NCBI GenBank assembly: GCA_963575745.1
Contig: CAUYUJ010000214.1
Coordinates: 248,001-312,000, forward strand
Direction of reading: 5' to 3'
Length of the DNA: 64,000 bases
Source of the DNA: Prorocentrum cordatum
Taxonomy: Eukaryota
Shown: positions 35,107-49,179 of the stretch, piece by piece
Layout of the letters: the number at the start of each line of letters is the position of its first letter
Position numbering within the stretch: position 1 is the stretch's first letter
Position numbers and translations under genes: made by a program
Notes under the pieces: model-generated
Databases searched by the model: none
The model's input: only the letters and a program-made list of their open reading frames with translations
What the model was told of the DNA's origin: nothing

Positions 35107-37760
35107 ATGGCCGAGGTCGTCAGAGTGGTGGCCGCATTCACAGCCGGTGAGAAGATCATATCTCGCAGACTTCGCACGCCCCATGGTCCAGATACTCAGC
35201 GTCAGGACGTTTGAGGAGGGATCCTTTTTGTGGTCCTGTGTTGTCTGAGGAGGCGAGGATGATGCGAACTGTACAGACATCAAGAACAACGTCGGGGTAG
35301 CCCAACTTGAACGCGGCTTTCGCAGCGAGCTGGGCGTGCCAGTCAAACTCCACTAGATTTTGGAGGGAAGCGGGGGAGTGTCCTGGGGCGGAGTATTCAA
35401 GTCCCGAGGCAGTCACAAACACAAACGGTCCTCTGAAACTCCACCCGATGCGTTTGAGGGAAAGGACCGCCCGGCACATGGGCCCCTGCAGGAACCCAAG
35501 GCTTTGACAGCTCTCGCGAGGATGGCCTCCACCCAAAGACGCAGCAGCTGGAGACGAGCCACGGCCTGGTTCGGGCGGGTGGCAGTGTCCCAGACAAGGC
35601 AGTGCCACATGAGGGCAGGGCCCAGCGCTGCTTTCCGAGCCGGGTCCTAGAGTATCAGAAGAGACAGACTGCGGCTTCTGGACGGGCAGCGCTGCCCAGT
35701 TGTAGACAACCACTGAGATCTGGCTTGCTCAAGCTGAGTACCGTGTGTGCCAGCAACCTCAACACCGAACGTTGCGGCCGCCCTCAGGACCGTCTGATAC
35801 AGTCTGCGAGTGGTGCCCAAGCACGTTTGAGCATGCTGATGCTGGTGAGTATCTTTTTTATCTTGGTCAGACTTGCAGTGTTTTTTTCCGATGCTTGCGC
35901 CATTTGCGCTGGGGCCAGCCGGCCCCGCTTTCAACCCCGAGGTTGGCCCCAGATCGGTCCAGGGAAGGACCCGCCAGATCCCCAAGAGCTTTCTTGAGTT
36001 TGTCCTGGAGGGACTGATGAGACGCCAGGAGCTGATTCTTCTTGTGGGCAATCTTGCACGTAAGCTCGTCAATGATGCAATCTGCCAGCGATCTGGCAAC
36101 GATGCTGGGCTGGCCGACGATAAGGCTGAAGCTGCGCCCGTGGCAGTGCAACAGCAGGTCATCGATAAACATGGCAAGGCAAACGTGCTGGTAGGCGGCC
36201 GCCCGCTTGTCTAAAGGGCCGAGCACATACATTTGGACGAGACGGGCGGCCCAACTGAGTCCTGCTGCTATGCCCTTCCACGGCCTCCCCGCCGCCATGA
36301 CAGCACACTATCATAAAGCTACAATGCGGATGCTGCCACACTGCGTAAGAGACACTGGGAATCCCGATTCAACGGGTCCTGTGGCGAAATACCCGATCGA
36401 GGTTTTTTCAGAATACTGAGATACATCCCAGAGCACTTGAGCGGAGATTGTTGTTCAGCCGTTGAATTGTGGTATTCATACTCCCATTCCAATCGATCTT
36501 TTGTAGACTACCTATACGATGGAGCGGCCCGCCTGGTGAGCAAGATATGGCCGACGGTGTTGGTGCTCCCACTCGCTGGCCGCAGATCTTCTCAGGCGAG
36601 TCCAGACACGATACAAGGCGGGAGGTATGCCTACAGTCCGGAAAGATCGCTGATTGGCTGGAACATCGTGTTTTTTTTTCTAGTTTGTTCATGAGGGCCG
36701 AAATGATGTCTCGAAGCTGTGTCGGCATGTGCCCAGCCTTCGCAAGGATCGAAATCGTTTTGCAAACTGTTTCAGCTAGCTCATCACAGGGAATGACGGC
36801 ATGGCGAGGGTAGAAACCGTCCCAGGTGGAAGCGGTCGAATGAGGGAAGCTACGTTCCATCTCTCTAATCTTTTCGTGGGTGGTCGGACCCAGCGCGATT
36901 CTATCATTTATGTCAGGACGAAAGTGGGGAGGCGGCTGGGAGGACTTTTGACATATTTAGATAATATGCCGGCTTCTACCTACAAACCAACTTGCGGTGA
37001 GCCTGTGTACTGGCCTTTGTGCCGCACCGAGATGGGCTGCCAGGCCTCCAGCCGCTTTGACCACTTGTGTGCCCATCCCATTCCCCCCTTGGTGCCAGTC
37101 TGCACCCATTCCCTCCAAGCCTTCCCATCTGGAGCAGGTTTCGCGGCCTGTTCTTGGTGCAGCAGCTTGGTAACTTGCTCTAAGAGCTCGTCCAGCACTT
37201 TGATCGCCAGAGTCTGGTCCATAGTGCTGGCTTGAAAATAATCATGCAGCAAGCCTGCAACAACTCGAACATCCTGGATCCCCTCTTTCAAGGCCGCTAC
37301 ATTGGAGAACAACTGTGGGCGATCCTCGAGGCTGTCCAGGCATTCCTGGAACTCCTGCGAGTCCCAGTCCTGGATGCATCGTCTGAAACCCTGAACGCGG
37401 TTGCTCAAACGCCTAATCGGGCCCGTCTAGGCCACTCATGTGGTCCTACTAGCGCTCTTGGCCTCCGCTGGGGCCCAGAGAACCAGAGGGGGTGGAGCCC
37501 TGGGGAACTTACTGGGTTCGAGGGGAGTGTTCGTTTTCTCACTGATTGTAACCTCCATGTCTTGGGCCAGTGTGAAGTAGACGTGGTCCAGGATGGCACT
37601 CGGGTGTTGAACGGAGAGAGGCTGCGGAATATCTTCGATCAATTGTATAGCATACTCAACTACGGCAGCAGTCTGGTGTCAACTCGCTTCGGCGAGCTGA
37701 TGACCCACGGGCACATGGGTGGGCAACTTCTCAGGCCTGAGAAGCGTCGGGATGGACAGG
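35107..37760 (-). mobile_element. Decayed LINE 5' portion: pre-RT region, RT domain and Cys/His motif
   Basis: AWREWVQ..GGMGWAHKW, KGIAAGLSWA...AMFIDD (FIDD 36158-36169), GANLGV, LSLKRIGW, IWTMGR...CECGHHSDDLGH; many stops and frameshifts. Confidence 0.82.
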
Positions 37761-37834
37761 TTTCGGAGGCCTAGAGGTTGACACCAACACCAATATCGGC
37801 GGCGTGCTTCCCCCGAGGGAAGATGATCCAGACC

Positions 37835-39275
37835 CCGACACTTTATTCTGGCACGGCCGCCGCGCCCCCGCTCGCCCCTTCCCCCGCCCCGCTGGCCTCC
37901 CTTTCCTCTTCCCCCCCCAGCCAGCCAAGCTCCTCCTCTTCGCCCTCCCGCAGCATTCAGCCCCCCCCCCCCGTCCCCAGCCAGCGCGCACCCCCCTCCC
38001 CGACCATTTTATTTTCCGGCAGGGCACGGCACCAGCACCGCGATCCCCCTTTCCCCCGCCCTGCAACCATCTCACGCCTCCCAGCCAGGGCACCGTGCTC
38101 CCCTTGTCTTCCCGTAGCCTGGCCCAGCCCCTCCTCGCCCCCCAGCCAGCGCGCCCCCACCGCCCCGACCATTTGATTCCGGGACGGCACGGCACCAGCG
38201 CTGGCACCGCATCCCCCCCTTCCTTCCCCCGTTAGCCCAGCTCCACCTCTTCGCCCCCCCGCAGCCAGCCCAGCTCCCCCGCGCCACGCCCAAGCCAGCG
38301 CGCCCCCCCCGCTCCGACCATTTTATTCCGGCGCAGCACGGCACCAGCACCGCGCCCCCCCGTCCCCCCGCCCCGCAGACGCCCCTTTCCCCCCTTCCTG
38401 TTCCCCCCGTTCCCCCCGCGACCAGCTAGCCCAGCTCTCCGCCTTTCCCGCCCCGCAGCTTAGCCCACGCCTCCCAGCTGGGGCACCGCGCCCCCCTTGC
38501 TCCTGCGCAGCCAGCCCAGCCCCTCCTCGCCCCACAGCCACCGCACCAGCACCGGCTCCGCGCACCCCTCGTTCTTCCTCCCCCCCCGCAGCCAGCCCAG
38601 CTCTTCCTCTTCGCCTCCCACAGCCAGCCCAGATCCTTCTCCGCCCACAGCCAGCGCGCCCCCTCCGCTCCGACCATTTTGTTCCGACGCGTCACGGCAG
38701 TGGCACCGACCCCCCCGCCCCGCAGCCAGCCCACACACCCCAACCAACACACCGTGCTCTCCCTGCCCCCCGCAGCCGGCCCAGCCCTTCCTCGCCCCGT
38801 CAGCGCGCCCCCCCCCGCCCGACCACTTTCCGGGGCGGCACGGCACCAGCGCCGGCACCGCGCCCCCCCGCTCCCTCCCCCTTCGCAGCCAGCCCAGCTT
38901 CTCCTCCTCTTCCTTCTCTCGGGGGAACGTAAGACCCGGGTTTGCCAGGACTCGGGTTCGCCATCGTTTTTTGACGACCGCGCCTCGGATTTTGACGAGG
39001 AGAAATTTCGTGGGATGTCTGCAGCGGGAGGCCTCGTCAAAATGCAGCTCGGCCTCGTCATTTTTTTGACGACCTCGTCGGGGATTTCCGAGTCCCCTGT
39101 ACCCGGGTCTTACGTCTCCCCGATTCTCGCCCCCCGCAGCCAGCCCAGCTCCCCTTCGCGGTCCCTGACCATTTGTATACTCGGGCACGGCACACCGCGC
39201 CCCCCCTTCCCTGGCCCCGCAGGCCGCCCCTTCCCCTACCCTTCCCCCAGATCGCGGCGCGGCACCATCCCCGCG
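37835..39275. repeat. Degenerate C-rich tandem array, ~150-170-bp unit
   Basis: Core cgaccatttt(a)ttccgg..cggcacggcaccagc at about 38001, 38166, 38314, 38671, 38820 and 39166. Confidence 0.8.
38919..39123. mobile_element. 205-bp MITE, TC...GA termini, 5-bp TSD TTCTC
   Basis: TIRs tcgggggaacgtaagacccgggt / acccgggtcttacgtctccccga; ttctc on both flanks; second copy at 51623. Confidence 0.92.
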
Positions 39276-39739
39276 CCGTCTTTCGTCTCCCCTGTCTTCT
39301 TCGCTCCGTCGCCTTTTGGTTTCCTTTCGTTTGGCCCCTCATGATCCCCCCTCTTTCTGATCTGTCTCGTTTCCCCCGTCTCGCCTTCTCCTCCACGTCC
39401 TCCTGCTCTCCCATTCTCTTATGTGCAAGAGCCATGACACGCTTGCCACTTGCTTGCGTTGTGGGGAATCCATTTACATACAACCTGAGAACCCTCAATC
39501 GTGCCAAACAGCACTTCCTGGGATTGCAGCGTCGCGAATGAGTGTGGGTGTTGCGCCCTGACTGTCGTAAGTCGCGCAGGAACACCACTCGTGGGACCGT
39601 GCGAATCCTTGAAGCTGTTGTGGACGTTCAAAACGAACAGGCGCATCGCAAAGGCGAGAGCAACCTTTCGAAACAACAGCCACGCTTTTTCAGGTATCAA
39701 TCAATATCTTTACATACTCATTATGTTTAGCCATATTGC

Positions 39740-40105
39740 CCTAAAGCCCTATAGCCTGATAGCCTTGTAGCTCTATAGCCCTACAGCACTATATGTCTAT
39801 AGCCCTATAGCCCTATAGCCACAGCCCTATATCGCTATAGCCCTGTAGCCCTATGGTCCTATAGCCCTATAGCCCCATGCCCCTATATACTCATAGCCCT
39901 ATGGCCATATAGCCCTATAGCCCCATAGCCCATAGCCCCATAGCCCCAGAGTCCCGTAGCCCCATAGCCTATAGCCCTACAGCCCCATAGCTCTATGGCC
40001 CTATAGCTATAGCCCCTATGGCCCTATAGCCCTATATTTCCATAGCCCTATAGCCTCATAGCCCCATCGCCCTACAGCCCAACAGCCTCATAGCCCTATA
40101 GCCCT
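39740..40105. repeat. (TAGCCCTA)-type minisatellite
   Basis: Repeated tatagccc/tagccccata. Confidence 0.92.
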
Positions 40106-40304
40106 AAACATATTTTGATCGTTTTTTTTCTCTGGTGCGCACATGTATTTACATATATGCTCAGAGAGAGAGAGAGAGAGAGAGAGAGAACACATGCTAA
40201 TAACACATAGCCTGGCGAAGGACCCAATCATATGCAGCTGCGAGTAACCTAGGATATTACCTTCTCATAGGCAGCGCGCCGCGAGAAGGATGGAGCACGG
40301 GGCA

Positions 40305-41640
40305 ACGCGGATGGGAACCCCGAAATGTGTGCGGGGTGTGCCGAAATGGGCTGGGGGACGCATGCGGGCGCTGCCACTGGGGCCTTCGGCGGAGCTCCCT
40401 ATGGGCCAGGAAGCATGTGAGGGGTGTGTCAAAACATGCAGAGGAAGGCATACGAACCCTGCCACTGGGGCCTTCGGTGGAGCTCCCTATGGGGCCCCGG
40501 AGCGTGTGATGGGTGTGCCGAAAACATGAGGCGACGCCGCCATGCGAACCCTGCCGCTGCGGCCTGCAGTGGGGCTCCCTACAGGGGCCACGAAACGTGC
40601 GGGGTGTTCACCGAAATGAGGCGGGGCCGCCATGCAAACCCTGCCACTGGGGCCTTCGGTGGCATCACCAATGGGGCCACGAAGCGTGTGAGGGGTGTGC
40701 CGCAATGGAGGCGGGGCCGCCATGCGAACCTTGCCACTTGGGCCTTCAGTGGAGCTCCCTAGGGGCCACGAAGCGTGTGAGGGGTGTGCCGGAATTCGGC
40801 GGGGCCGCCATGCGAACACTGCCACTGGGGCCTTCGGTGGAGCTCCCTATGGGGCCACGAAACGTGTGAGGGGTGTGCCGAACTGGGGCGGGGCCGCCAT
40901 GCGAACACTGCCACTGGGGCCTTCGTTGGAGCTCCCCATGGGGCCACGAAACGTGTGAGGGGTGCGGTGAAACAGAGTCATGCGAAGAACAGATGGAGGC
41001 GGGGCCGCCATGCGAAATTTGCCACTTGGGCCTTCAGTGGAGCTCCCTAGGGGCCACGAAACGTGTGAGGGGTGTGCCGACATGGGGCGGGGCCGCCATG
41101 CGAACCCTGCCGCTGGGGCCTTCAGTGGAGCTCCCTATGGGGCCACGAAGCGTGTGAGGGGTGTGCCGAACTGGGGCGGGGCTGCCATGCAAACCCTGCC
41201 ACTGGGGCCTTCGGTGGAACTCCCTATGGGGCCACGAAACGTGTGAGGGGTCTGCCGAACTGGGGCGGGGCCGCCATGCGAACCCTGCCACTGGGGCCTT
41301 CGGTGGAGCTCCCTATGGGGCCACGAAGCGTGTGAGGGGTGTGCCGAACTGGGGCGGGGCCGCAATGCGAACCCTGCCACTGGGGCCTTCGGTGGAGCTC
41401 CCTATGGGGCCACGAAGCGTGTGAGGGGTGTGCCGAAATGGGGTGGGGCCGCCATGCGAATTCTGCCACTGGGGCCTTCGGTGGAGCTCCCTATGGGGCC
41501 ACGAAGCGTGTGAGGGGTGTGCCGAACTGGGGCGGGGCCGCCATGCGAACCCTGCCACTGGGGCCTTCGTTGGAGCTCCCCATGGGGCCACGAAACGTGT
41601 GAGGGGTGCGGTGAAACAGAGTCATGCGAAGAACAGATGC
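40305..41640. repeat. 89-bp tandem satellite, about 14 units
   Basis: Unit ggggccacgaa(a/g)cgtgtgaggggtgtgccgaactggggcggggccgccatgcgaaccctgccactggggccttcggtggagctccctat; ORF starts recur every 89 bp; the same ~30-bp insert occurs near 40966 and 41610. Confidence 0.97.
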
Positions 41641-41821
41641 GAAGAGGGGGGGAGGGAGGAGGGGGAGGAGGAGTGGAGAGGAGAGGAGAAGAGAGGAGAG
41701 GAGAAGAGAGGAGAGGAGAGGAGAGGAGAGGAGAGGAGATGAGATGAGAGGAGGAAAGCGGGGCGCTGCCTCTTCAAAACGAGGGCCCAACATCAAATGA
41801 TGGTCGGGGGAACACACATTA

Positions 41822-42070
41822 CTTTCAACACGAATGTGCGCGGCGCTCAAGCGAGGTCAGCATTTTGAAAACGTGCCGCCCTCCATCCGTGAAGTTGTCA
41901 CAAGCTTGTAAGACGAATGTGAACGGCGCTATGGCGGGAACCACATTTTGAGAACGACCCGCCCTCCATCCGTGAAGCTGTTGCGAACTTTCAAAACGAA
42001 TGTGCGCGGCGTCAGCGCGATAATCACATTTGAAAACGACCCGCCCTCCATCCGCGAAGTTGGTGCAAAT
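41822..42070. repeat. Three ~84-bp tandem units
   Basis: cgaatgtg...cattttga(a/g)aacg...gccctccatcc(g)..gaag three times. Confidence 0.85.
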
Positions 42071-42789
42071 ATCAAGCTTCAGGGTCATGAATGGTGAGGA
42101 CCTTTCAGGCGAATCGCCTGGCCCGCCCTACGGACACGTCTGGGGGGCGCAACAGGGAGGAGTTATTAATGATAACTCCTCCCTGGAATAGAGATGGAGG
42201 AGGAGAGGAGGAGGAGGATGGGGAGGAGGAGGAGGAGGGGAGGAGGAGGAGGAGGAGGAGCAGGAGGAGGAGGAGGAGGAGGAGGAGGAGGAGGAGGAGA
42301 AGGAAACGCGATGAAGATACACCATGCCCGTCCACATTGACGTGCCGAGGCCGTGCCGAGGTAGCTCCTCCCGGAGCTCCAGAGGGGGGTGGCCCCTCTC
42401 TCGGACGCGACCGAGGTCGCTCTCGATCAGTGCATGTTCGGTTGCACGCGTCAGAAGCCCACCGCCCGTCTCGGCATCCATGCATGCCCCTGCTGCTCTC
42501 CCGTTTTTGGCGGCCTCTTTGCCCGGCGGATGGGGGGGGGGGCGGCGCTGCCAGCAGTGGGGTGCTCACCTCGCTTCCCTGGGGAGGGCAAGCGGGGCTT
42601 TCCTGAAATGGTCTTGCAGGAACACCTCTCTGCTCGAAACCGCGCTCTCGCGATGGCCTTCCTGGAGGAAGTCGGGAAGACGCTCCCCTTGCGCCCTCTC
42701 AGATGGGGGATCCCCTCTGAGACTGCGGACTTTCACGTTCTGTTGGGCCCCTGCTTCGAGTTTGCACGGCGTCACCTTATAGATCACCC

Positions 42790-45700
42790 AAGGAAGGGCT
42801 ACCCTAGGGCTACCCCTAGGGCCTACCCCTAGGGCTACCCTAGGCCTACCCCTAGGGCCTACCCCTAGGGCTACCCTAGGCCTACCCCTAGGGTCTACCC
42901 CTAGGGCTACCCTAGGCCTACCCCTAGGGTCTACCCCTAGGGCTACCCTAGGGCTACCCCTAGGGCCTACCCCTAGGGCTACCCTAGGGCTACCCTAGGG
43001 CCTACCCCTAGGGCTACCCTAGGGCTACCTCTGGGGCCTACCCCTAGGGGTACCCTAGGGCTACCCTAGGGTGTCCAGTAGGGCCTATCCTTGGGAAGCC
43101 TAGGGCCTTCAGCATGTGTAATCCGCCACATAAGCAAGCAATGCCTTTAATGTCCCGCCCGCCCGCCCGACAAAAGGAATCAGCTTGTAATCCGCCATAA
43201 TAGTAATCAACTTGCAATCCGCTGCCAAATGGAATCACTTTGTAATCCGCCACGAAAGCAATCAATGCATTTAATGTCCCGCCCGCCCGCCCGACCAAAG
43301 GAATAAGTTTGCAATCCGCTGCCAAAGGGAATCCATTTGCAATTCACCACACAAGCAATTGTTGCCTTCAATGTCCCGCCCGCCCGCCCGGCAAAAGGCG
43401 CCCGACCAAAGGAATAAGTTTAAAATCCGCTGCCAAAGGGAATCCATTCGCAATTCACCAAACAAGCAATCATTGCCTTTAATGTCCCGCCCGCCCGCCA
43501 GACAAAAGGAATCAATGTGTAATCTGCCACAATAAGAATCAGTTTGCCATCCGCCACACAAGCAATCAATGCCTTTAATGTCCCGCCCGCCCGCCCGACA
43601 AAAGGAATCAGCTTGTAATCCGCCACAAATGGAATCTACTCGTAATCCGGTACCAACGGGAAGCAATTGGTAATCCACCACACAAGCAAGCAATCAATGC
43701 CTTTAATGTCCCGCCCGCCCGCCCGACTAAAGGCATCAAGTTGTAATCCGCTACCAAGGGGAATCAACATGTAATCCGCCACCAAAGCAATCAATGCATT
43801 TCATGTCCTGCCCTACCCGCCCGACGAAAGGAACCAGTTTGTAATCCGCAATAAAATGACTACCCCTAAGGCCCACCCCTAGGGCCACCCTAGGGCCTAC
43901 CCCTTGGGCCTATCCCTCGGGCTACCCTCCCTCTGCGCGCGGCCGACTCTGAGCCTAGGGTAGCCTACCCCAGGGGGGGGGCCCCAGAGGGGGGGTCCCA
44001 GAGGGGGGGTCTGCGAGGGGGGGTCCCAGAGGGGGGGTCTGCGAGGGGTGCGTCTGCGAGTTTCTTGTGGAGGCAGCGTTGGGGGGGGGTCAGGGGGCGT
44101 CAGCGAGGGGGGTCAGCGAGGGGGGGCCCAGAGGGGGGGTCAGCGAGGGGGGGTCAGCCAGAGGGGGGGTCAGCGAGGGGGGGTCTGTGAGGGGGGTCCC
44201 AGAGGGGGGGTCAGCGAGGGGGGGTCCCAGAGGGGGGGTCAGCGAGGGGGGGTCTGCGAGGGGGGGTCAGCGAGGGGGGGTGGAGGGGGGTCAGGGGGGG
44301 TCAGAGGGGGGGTCCCAGAGGGGGGGTCTGACGAGGGGGTCAGATGGGGGGGTCTGCGAGGGGGGGTCAGCGAGGGGGGGTCCCAGAGGGGGGGTCGGAG
44401 GGGGGGTCAGCGAGGTTCTGCGAGGGGGGGTCCCAGTGGGGGGGTCAGCGAGGGGGGGTCGTCAGAGGGGGGGTCAAGGTCGAGCGAGGGGGGGTAGCGA
44501 GCTGGGGGGGGGTCAGCGAGGGGGGTCTGCGAGGGGGGGTCAGCGAGGGGGGATCTGCGAGGGGGGGTCAGCGAGGGGGGGTCTGTGAGGGGGGTCCCAG
44601 AGGGGGGTCTGCGAGGGGGGGCCTGCGAGGGGGGGTCAGCGAGGGGGGGTCAGCGAGGGGGGTCCCGAGGGGGGGTCAGCGAGGGGGGGTCAGCAGAGGG
44701 GGGTGTGCTGTGAGAGGGGGTCTGGTCTGAGGGGGGGTCAGAGAGGGGGGGTCCCAAGGGTGGTCCCAGAAGGAGGGGTCCCAGAGGGGGGGTCTGCGAG
44801 GGGGGGTCTGCGAGGGGGGGTCAGCGATGGGGGGGTCAGCGAGGGGGGGTCCCAGAGGGGGGGTCTGTGAGGGGGGGTCTGCGAGGGGGGGTCAGCGAGG
44901 GGGGGTCCCAGAGGGGGGGTCTGCGAGGGGGGGTCTGCGGCGCCGGGGCCGCGGTCGCCGGGGGGCGGCGCGGGCGCCCTGCCCTCGGAAGGGGGAGCGG
45001 GGGGGGGGGAAGCAGGGGATCGAGGGAGTAGCGAGGGAGGAGGAGGAGGAGGTGGAGGAGGAGGAGGAGGAGGAGGAGGGGGAGGAGGAGGAGGAGGAGG
45101 ATGAGGAGGAGGAGGAGGTGGCGGCGGAGGCGGAGGAGGCGGCGGGAGCAGGGGGGAGGGAGGAGGCGGGCGGACGGAGTGAGGAGGGAGGAGGGAGGAG
45201 GCGTGCGGAGGGAGGAGGGAGGAGGAGTCGGAGGAGGAGGAGGAGGAGGAGGGGGAGGAGGAGGAGGAGGAGGAGGGGGGCCCAAGCCCAGACCTCCTCG
45301 AAGACCGAGGGCCGAGCAGGTCTTCGTCGGTCCTCGGCGTTTCCCTCGCGTCGGCGTGCGCTCAGGAAGGCGCGCCCCGCCGGGCGCGCTCCAGGCCCAG
45401 ACAGTCGTCGTCGTCGTCGTCGTCGTCGTCATCGTCGCCCTCCGCCTCCCCCTCCTGCTCCTCCTCCCCCTTCTCCTCCTCTTCCACTCCCACTCCGCCA
45501 CAAAAGGCATCAATATGTAATCCGCCAGCAAAGCAGGCAATGCCTTTAATGTCCCGCCCGCCCGCCCGACCTAAAGAATCAGCTTGTAATCCGCCACAAT
45601 AGTAATCAACTTGTAACCCGATTCCACATGGGATCACTTTGTAATCCGCCACCAAAGCAACCAATGCTTTTAATGTCCCGCCCGCCCGCCCGACCAAAGG

Positions 45701-46340
45701 AATCAGTTTGTAATCCGCAATAAAAGAGAATCCATTCGTAATTCGCCACACAAAGCAATCATTGCCTTTAATGCCCCGCCCGCCCGCCCGACAAACGGAA
45801 TCAATGTGTAATCTGCCACAATAAGAATCAGTGTGCCACCCGCCACACATGCAATCAATGCCTTTAGTGTCCCGCCCGCCCGCCCGACAAGAATAATCAG
45901 TTGATAATCCACCACACAGGGAATCAATATATGTAATCCGCCACCAAGGCAACCAATGCTATTAATGTCCCGCCCGCCCGCTCGACCAAAGGAATCATAT
46001 TGTAATCCGCAATAAAGGGTTACCCCTAGGGCCTACCCCTAGGGCTACCCTGGGGCTACCCCTGGGGCCCACCCCTAGGGCTACCCTAGGGCTACCCCTT
46101 GGGAAGCCTAGGGCCTTGGGTAGGGCCTACCCCCTTGGGAAGCCTAGGGCCTTGGGTAGGGCCTACCCTTGGGAAGCCTAGGGCCTTGGGTAGGGCCTAC
46201 CCTTGGGAAGCCTAGGGCCTTGGGTAGGGCCTACCCTTGGGAAGCCTAGGGCCTTGGGTAGGGCCTACCCTTGGGAAGCCTAGGGCCTTGGGTAGGGCCT
46301 ACCCTTGGGAAGCCTAGGGCCTTGGGTAGGGCCTAGGGTA
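42790..46340. repeat. Composite repeat block: CCCTAGGG minisatellites, two arrays of aatgtcccgcccgcccgcccgac units (43110-43855, 45497-46015) and a G-run array (43972-44940)
   Basis: Direct inspection; includes a ~32-bp tandem (ccttgggaagcctagggccttgggtagggccta) at 46097-46335. Confidence 0.92.
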
Positions 46341-46757
46341 GCCAAGGCCCCCGGTGATCTATACCACGGTTGTGCAGCCGGTCGCCAGCGAAGAGGATCG
46401 TACGGTTGGGTGTTGTGTGGCTCTGTTTCTCGCCCCCGCCTGCCGGTGTCCTGAACTCACGTTGGGGCTTCGAAACCTTCGTTCCAGCGAGTGCAGCAGC
46501 AGGAGGATGAGGAGGGACGGGGGAAACCAGCTACGTGATATGACTCGCTAGTCCCGCTTTTGCTGACGCCCCCACCCCTTCCGTCCGACCTTGGAGGAGG
46601 AGGATGAGGATGAGGATGAGGACAAGACTCCCTCCCCGCCCGCAAGCCGTCTCGCTCACTGCCACCCGCCCTCCCAACACATACGTAGCACCCGAGCCTG
46701 GCCCGAGCCGCAGCAGATTCAGCAGTCGTCTTTGGATGGGCAGCTACCGGGAGCGAA

Positions 46758-47102
46758 TCCGCCGCCGCCACCGCCGCCCCCGCCGTTGTCCGCCGCCGCC
46801 GCCGCCCGCCGCCCGCCGCCGCCGCCGCCGCCGCCGCTGTCCGCCGCCGCCGTCGCTGTCCGCCGCCGCCGCTGTCCGCCGCCGCCGCCCCCGCTGCCGA
46901 ATCGCCGCCGCCGCAGCCGCTGCCGCCGCAGCCGCTGCCGCCGCAGCCGGTGCCGCCACCGCTGCCGCCGCCGCCACCCCGCCGCCGCCGCGCCGCCGCC
47001 GCCGCCGCCCCCGCCGCCGCCGCCGCCGCCGCCACCGCCACCGCCACCGCCGCAGCCGCCGCAGCCGCTGCCCTCGCCGCAGCCGCCGCAGCCGCCGCCG
47101 CC
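46758..47102. repeat. (GCC)n microsatellite
   Basis: Direct inspection. Confidence 0.95.
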
Positions 47103-47240
47103 AAGTGTACTCTGCATTGTTCCCTACCTAGGCTCTGCCTAGAAGGGTTCTTACTCTGAGGCTTAAAGGGCCGGGCAGTGGGGCACGCCCCGGGCGGTTC
47201 CCCCGGCATCCGCCCCGCGGTTCCCCCAGTTACGTCCCCC

Positions 47241-47625
47241 CTAGCTTAGCGTTGCTTATCTCATCTTAGCTTAGCATAATGCAGCGCTGCGTTAGCATCT
47301 CATAGCGTAGCATAGCCAAGCATAGCATATTATAACATGGTGCAGCATATCATAGCATAGCATCTCATATCATAGCATATCATAGCGTACCATAGCATAA
47401 CATAGCGCAGCTTAGCATAGCATAGCACAGCATAACTTAACATAGCATAGCATAGCTTAACATAGCACAGTGCAGCATGCCATAGCATAGCATATCGTAT
47501 CATAGCATATCATATCATAGCATCGCATAGCCTACCATAGCATAGCATATCACAGCATAGCATAGCATTGCATAGCATAACGCAGCATAACATGTCATAG
47601 CATAGCATAGCATAGCATAGCAACG
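47241..47625. repeat. (CATAG)n pentanucleotide satellite
   Basis: Direct inspection. Confidence 0.93.
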
Positions 47626-49179
47626 CATGCTGCTTTCCTAGGGGCCCCAACTTCTAGGTAGGGTCGCACTGGGGTATTTTTTTGATAGGGATGGTGTGGG
47701 GAGGCCGCATCGGGTTCGCTGCGCATGCCCCGAATTTGGAGGCAGTGTGTGTTTTGTATTTTTGTTGACAAGGGATGGTGGAGGGGGGGGGTGCCCGCAT
47801 TGTTCTTGGTTGGTTCCCAGTCGCCTGGGGGAGGGGGTGTATATTAATAGGGAACGGTGGTTGAGGATGGGGAGGATGAGGAGGAGGCAGAGGAGGAGGA
47901 GGAGGAGGAGGAGGAGGAGGAGGAAGAGGAGGAGGAGGAGGAGGAGGAGGAGGAGGAGGAGGATGGCCACGACTATGCCTGCACAATTTCGGAACGATTT
48001 GCACGCCTATGTGGAGCAAGGGATGCGCGACGCTCAGTGTTCTACCGTCCCCGACCAGAGCAGATCCCGCACGCTTGGCGGACACGTTTGAATGTACAGA
48101 TACTACACGAGACTGGCTGTTGACATGGGCCCGAGTAACATACGACACAGCTACATATATTAACCCATTACCACACAAGTTGTGACCACGCCCGTTCACG
48201 CTATCTTCAGTCCAGCATACGCGAGGACATACCGCAGGCAACTCGGGTACAGCTGCCTTGATCTTGTGACTTTGCGTACAGGCTTGCCACCAGTCATTTG
48301 CACCATATTGCTTTGGACTCGGGGCTGGCATTCTCAGCCGAGGGCAATCCAGTACTTGGTGCAACAAGCCGTTGTATGTATGATGGTCATGCTTGGGCAA
48401 TACAGTACTTGGTACTCAGCCAAGGGCACATATTTTGTATTTATGATGGCCATACAGTACTTGTTGTAACAAACAGTTGCCCCCTTTGGCCCCATTCTTG
48501 GAATCACACATTCTCTGCACTACAAGCGCAGGCTAGCACTACGTAAGCAGCACACCATCAGCTCTCCAACGCTATGCAGCACAAGCCCACGCCGACAACC
48601 AGGACAATAATGGACTCGGGCGCCTACGACATACCTGGAATGGGGGCCACACGGCATACCCCAGGCACGAGCACATAGGCGTACGCAACACCAACCAGCA
48701 CATAACTCACACAGCACAACAACTTTGCACTTCGACCAGCCACTACAGAAGCACCAGCGACACGCCTCGCACTCTGCACGGGGGCCCGAGAGGGCATACC
48801 TGGGGCAGAGGCGACGGCAATGTTACAGTCATGCATGATCCGCTGGGTACACCAATCACGATTTCAACATTGTTCCTCTTACTGGCAGAGGGAGCACGTT
48901 GTTGATATTACCCTGTACCTGGTGCCCCATCATTGTGATCATGTTGTGCTGCTGAGGTTCTTGACACACAGCATCCTGTGACAAGGCACGTGCCTACTTT
49001 TAGACATAGTTCGCTACACACGCAGTGGGGACCCTCAGTGATACGTACAGTACCACGGAACACCTCGCACGCCTACTGGCCCAACCGCGGAACTGGGGAC
49101 GCAACCCCCCCATATGCACTACACAGTACAACCCACGGCGATAGGGTATACTGGTGTTACGCAGGGCAGGCATAAGCGT

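Noticed and set aside
39740..40105. CCCTA-containing repeats as telomere sequence (also 42790-43075)
   Set aside because: Units do not match TTTAGGG/CCCTAAA arrays and are interstitial.
40305..41640. CRISPR-like regular repeats
   Set aside because: Head-to-tail 89-bp units without unique spacers, no cas genes, eukaryotic context.
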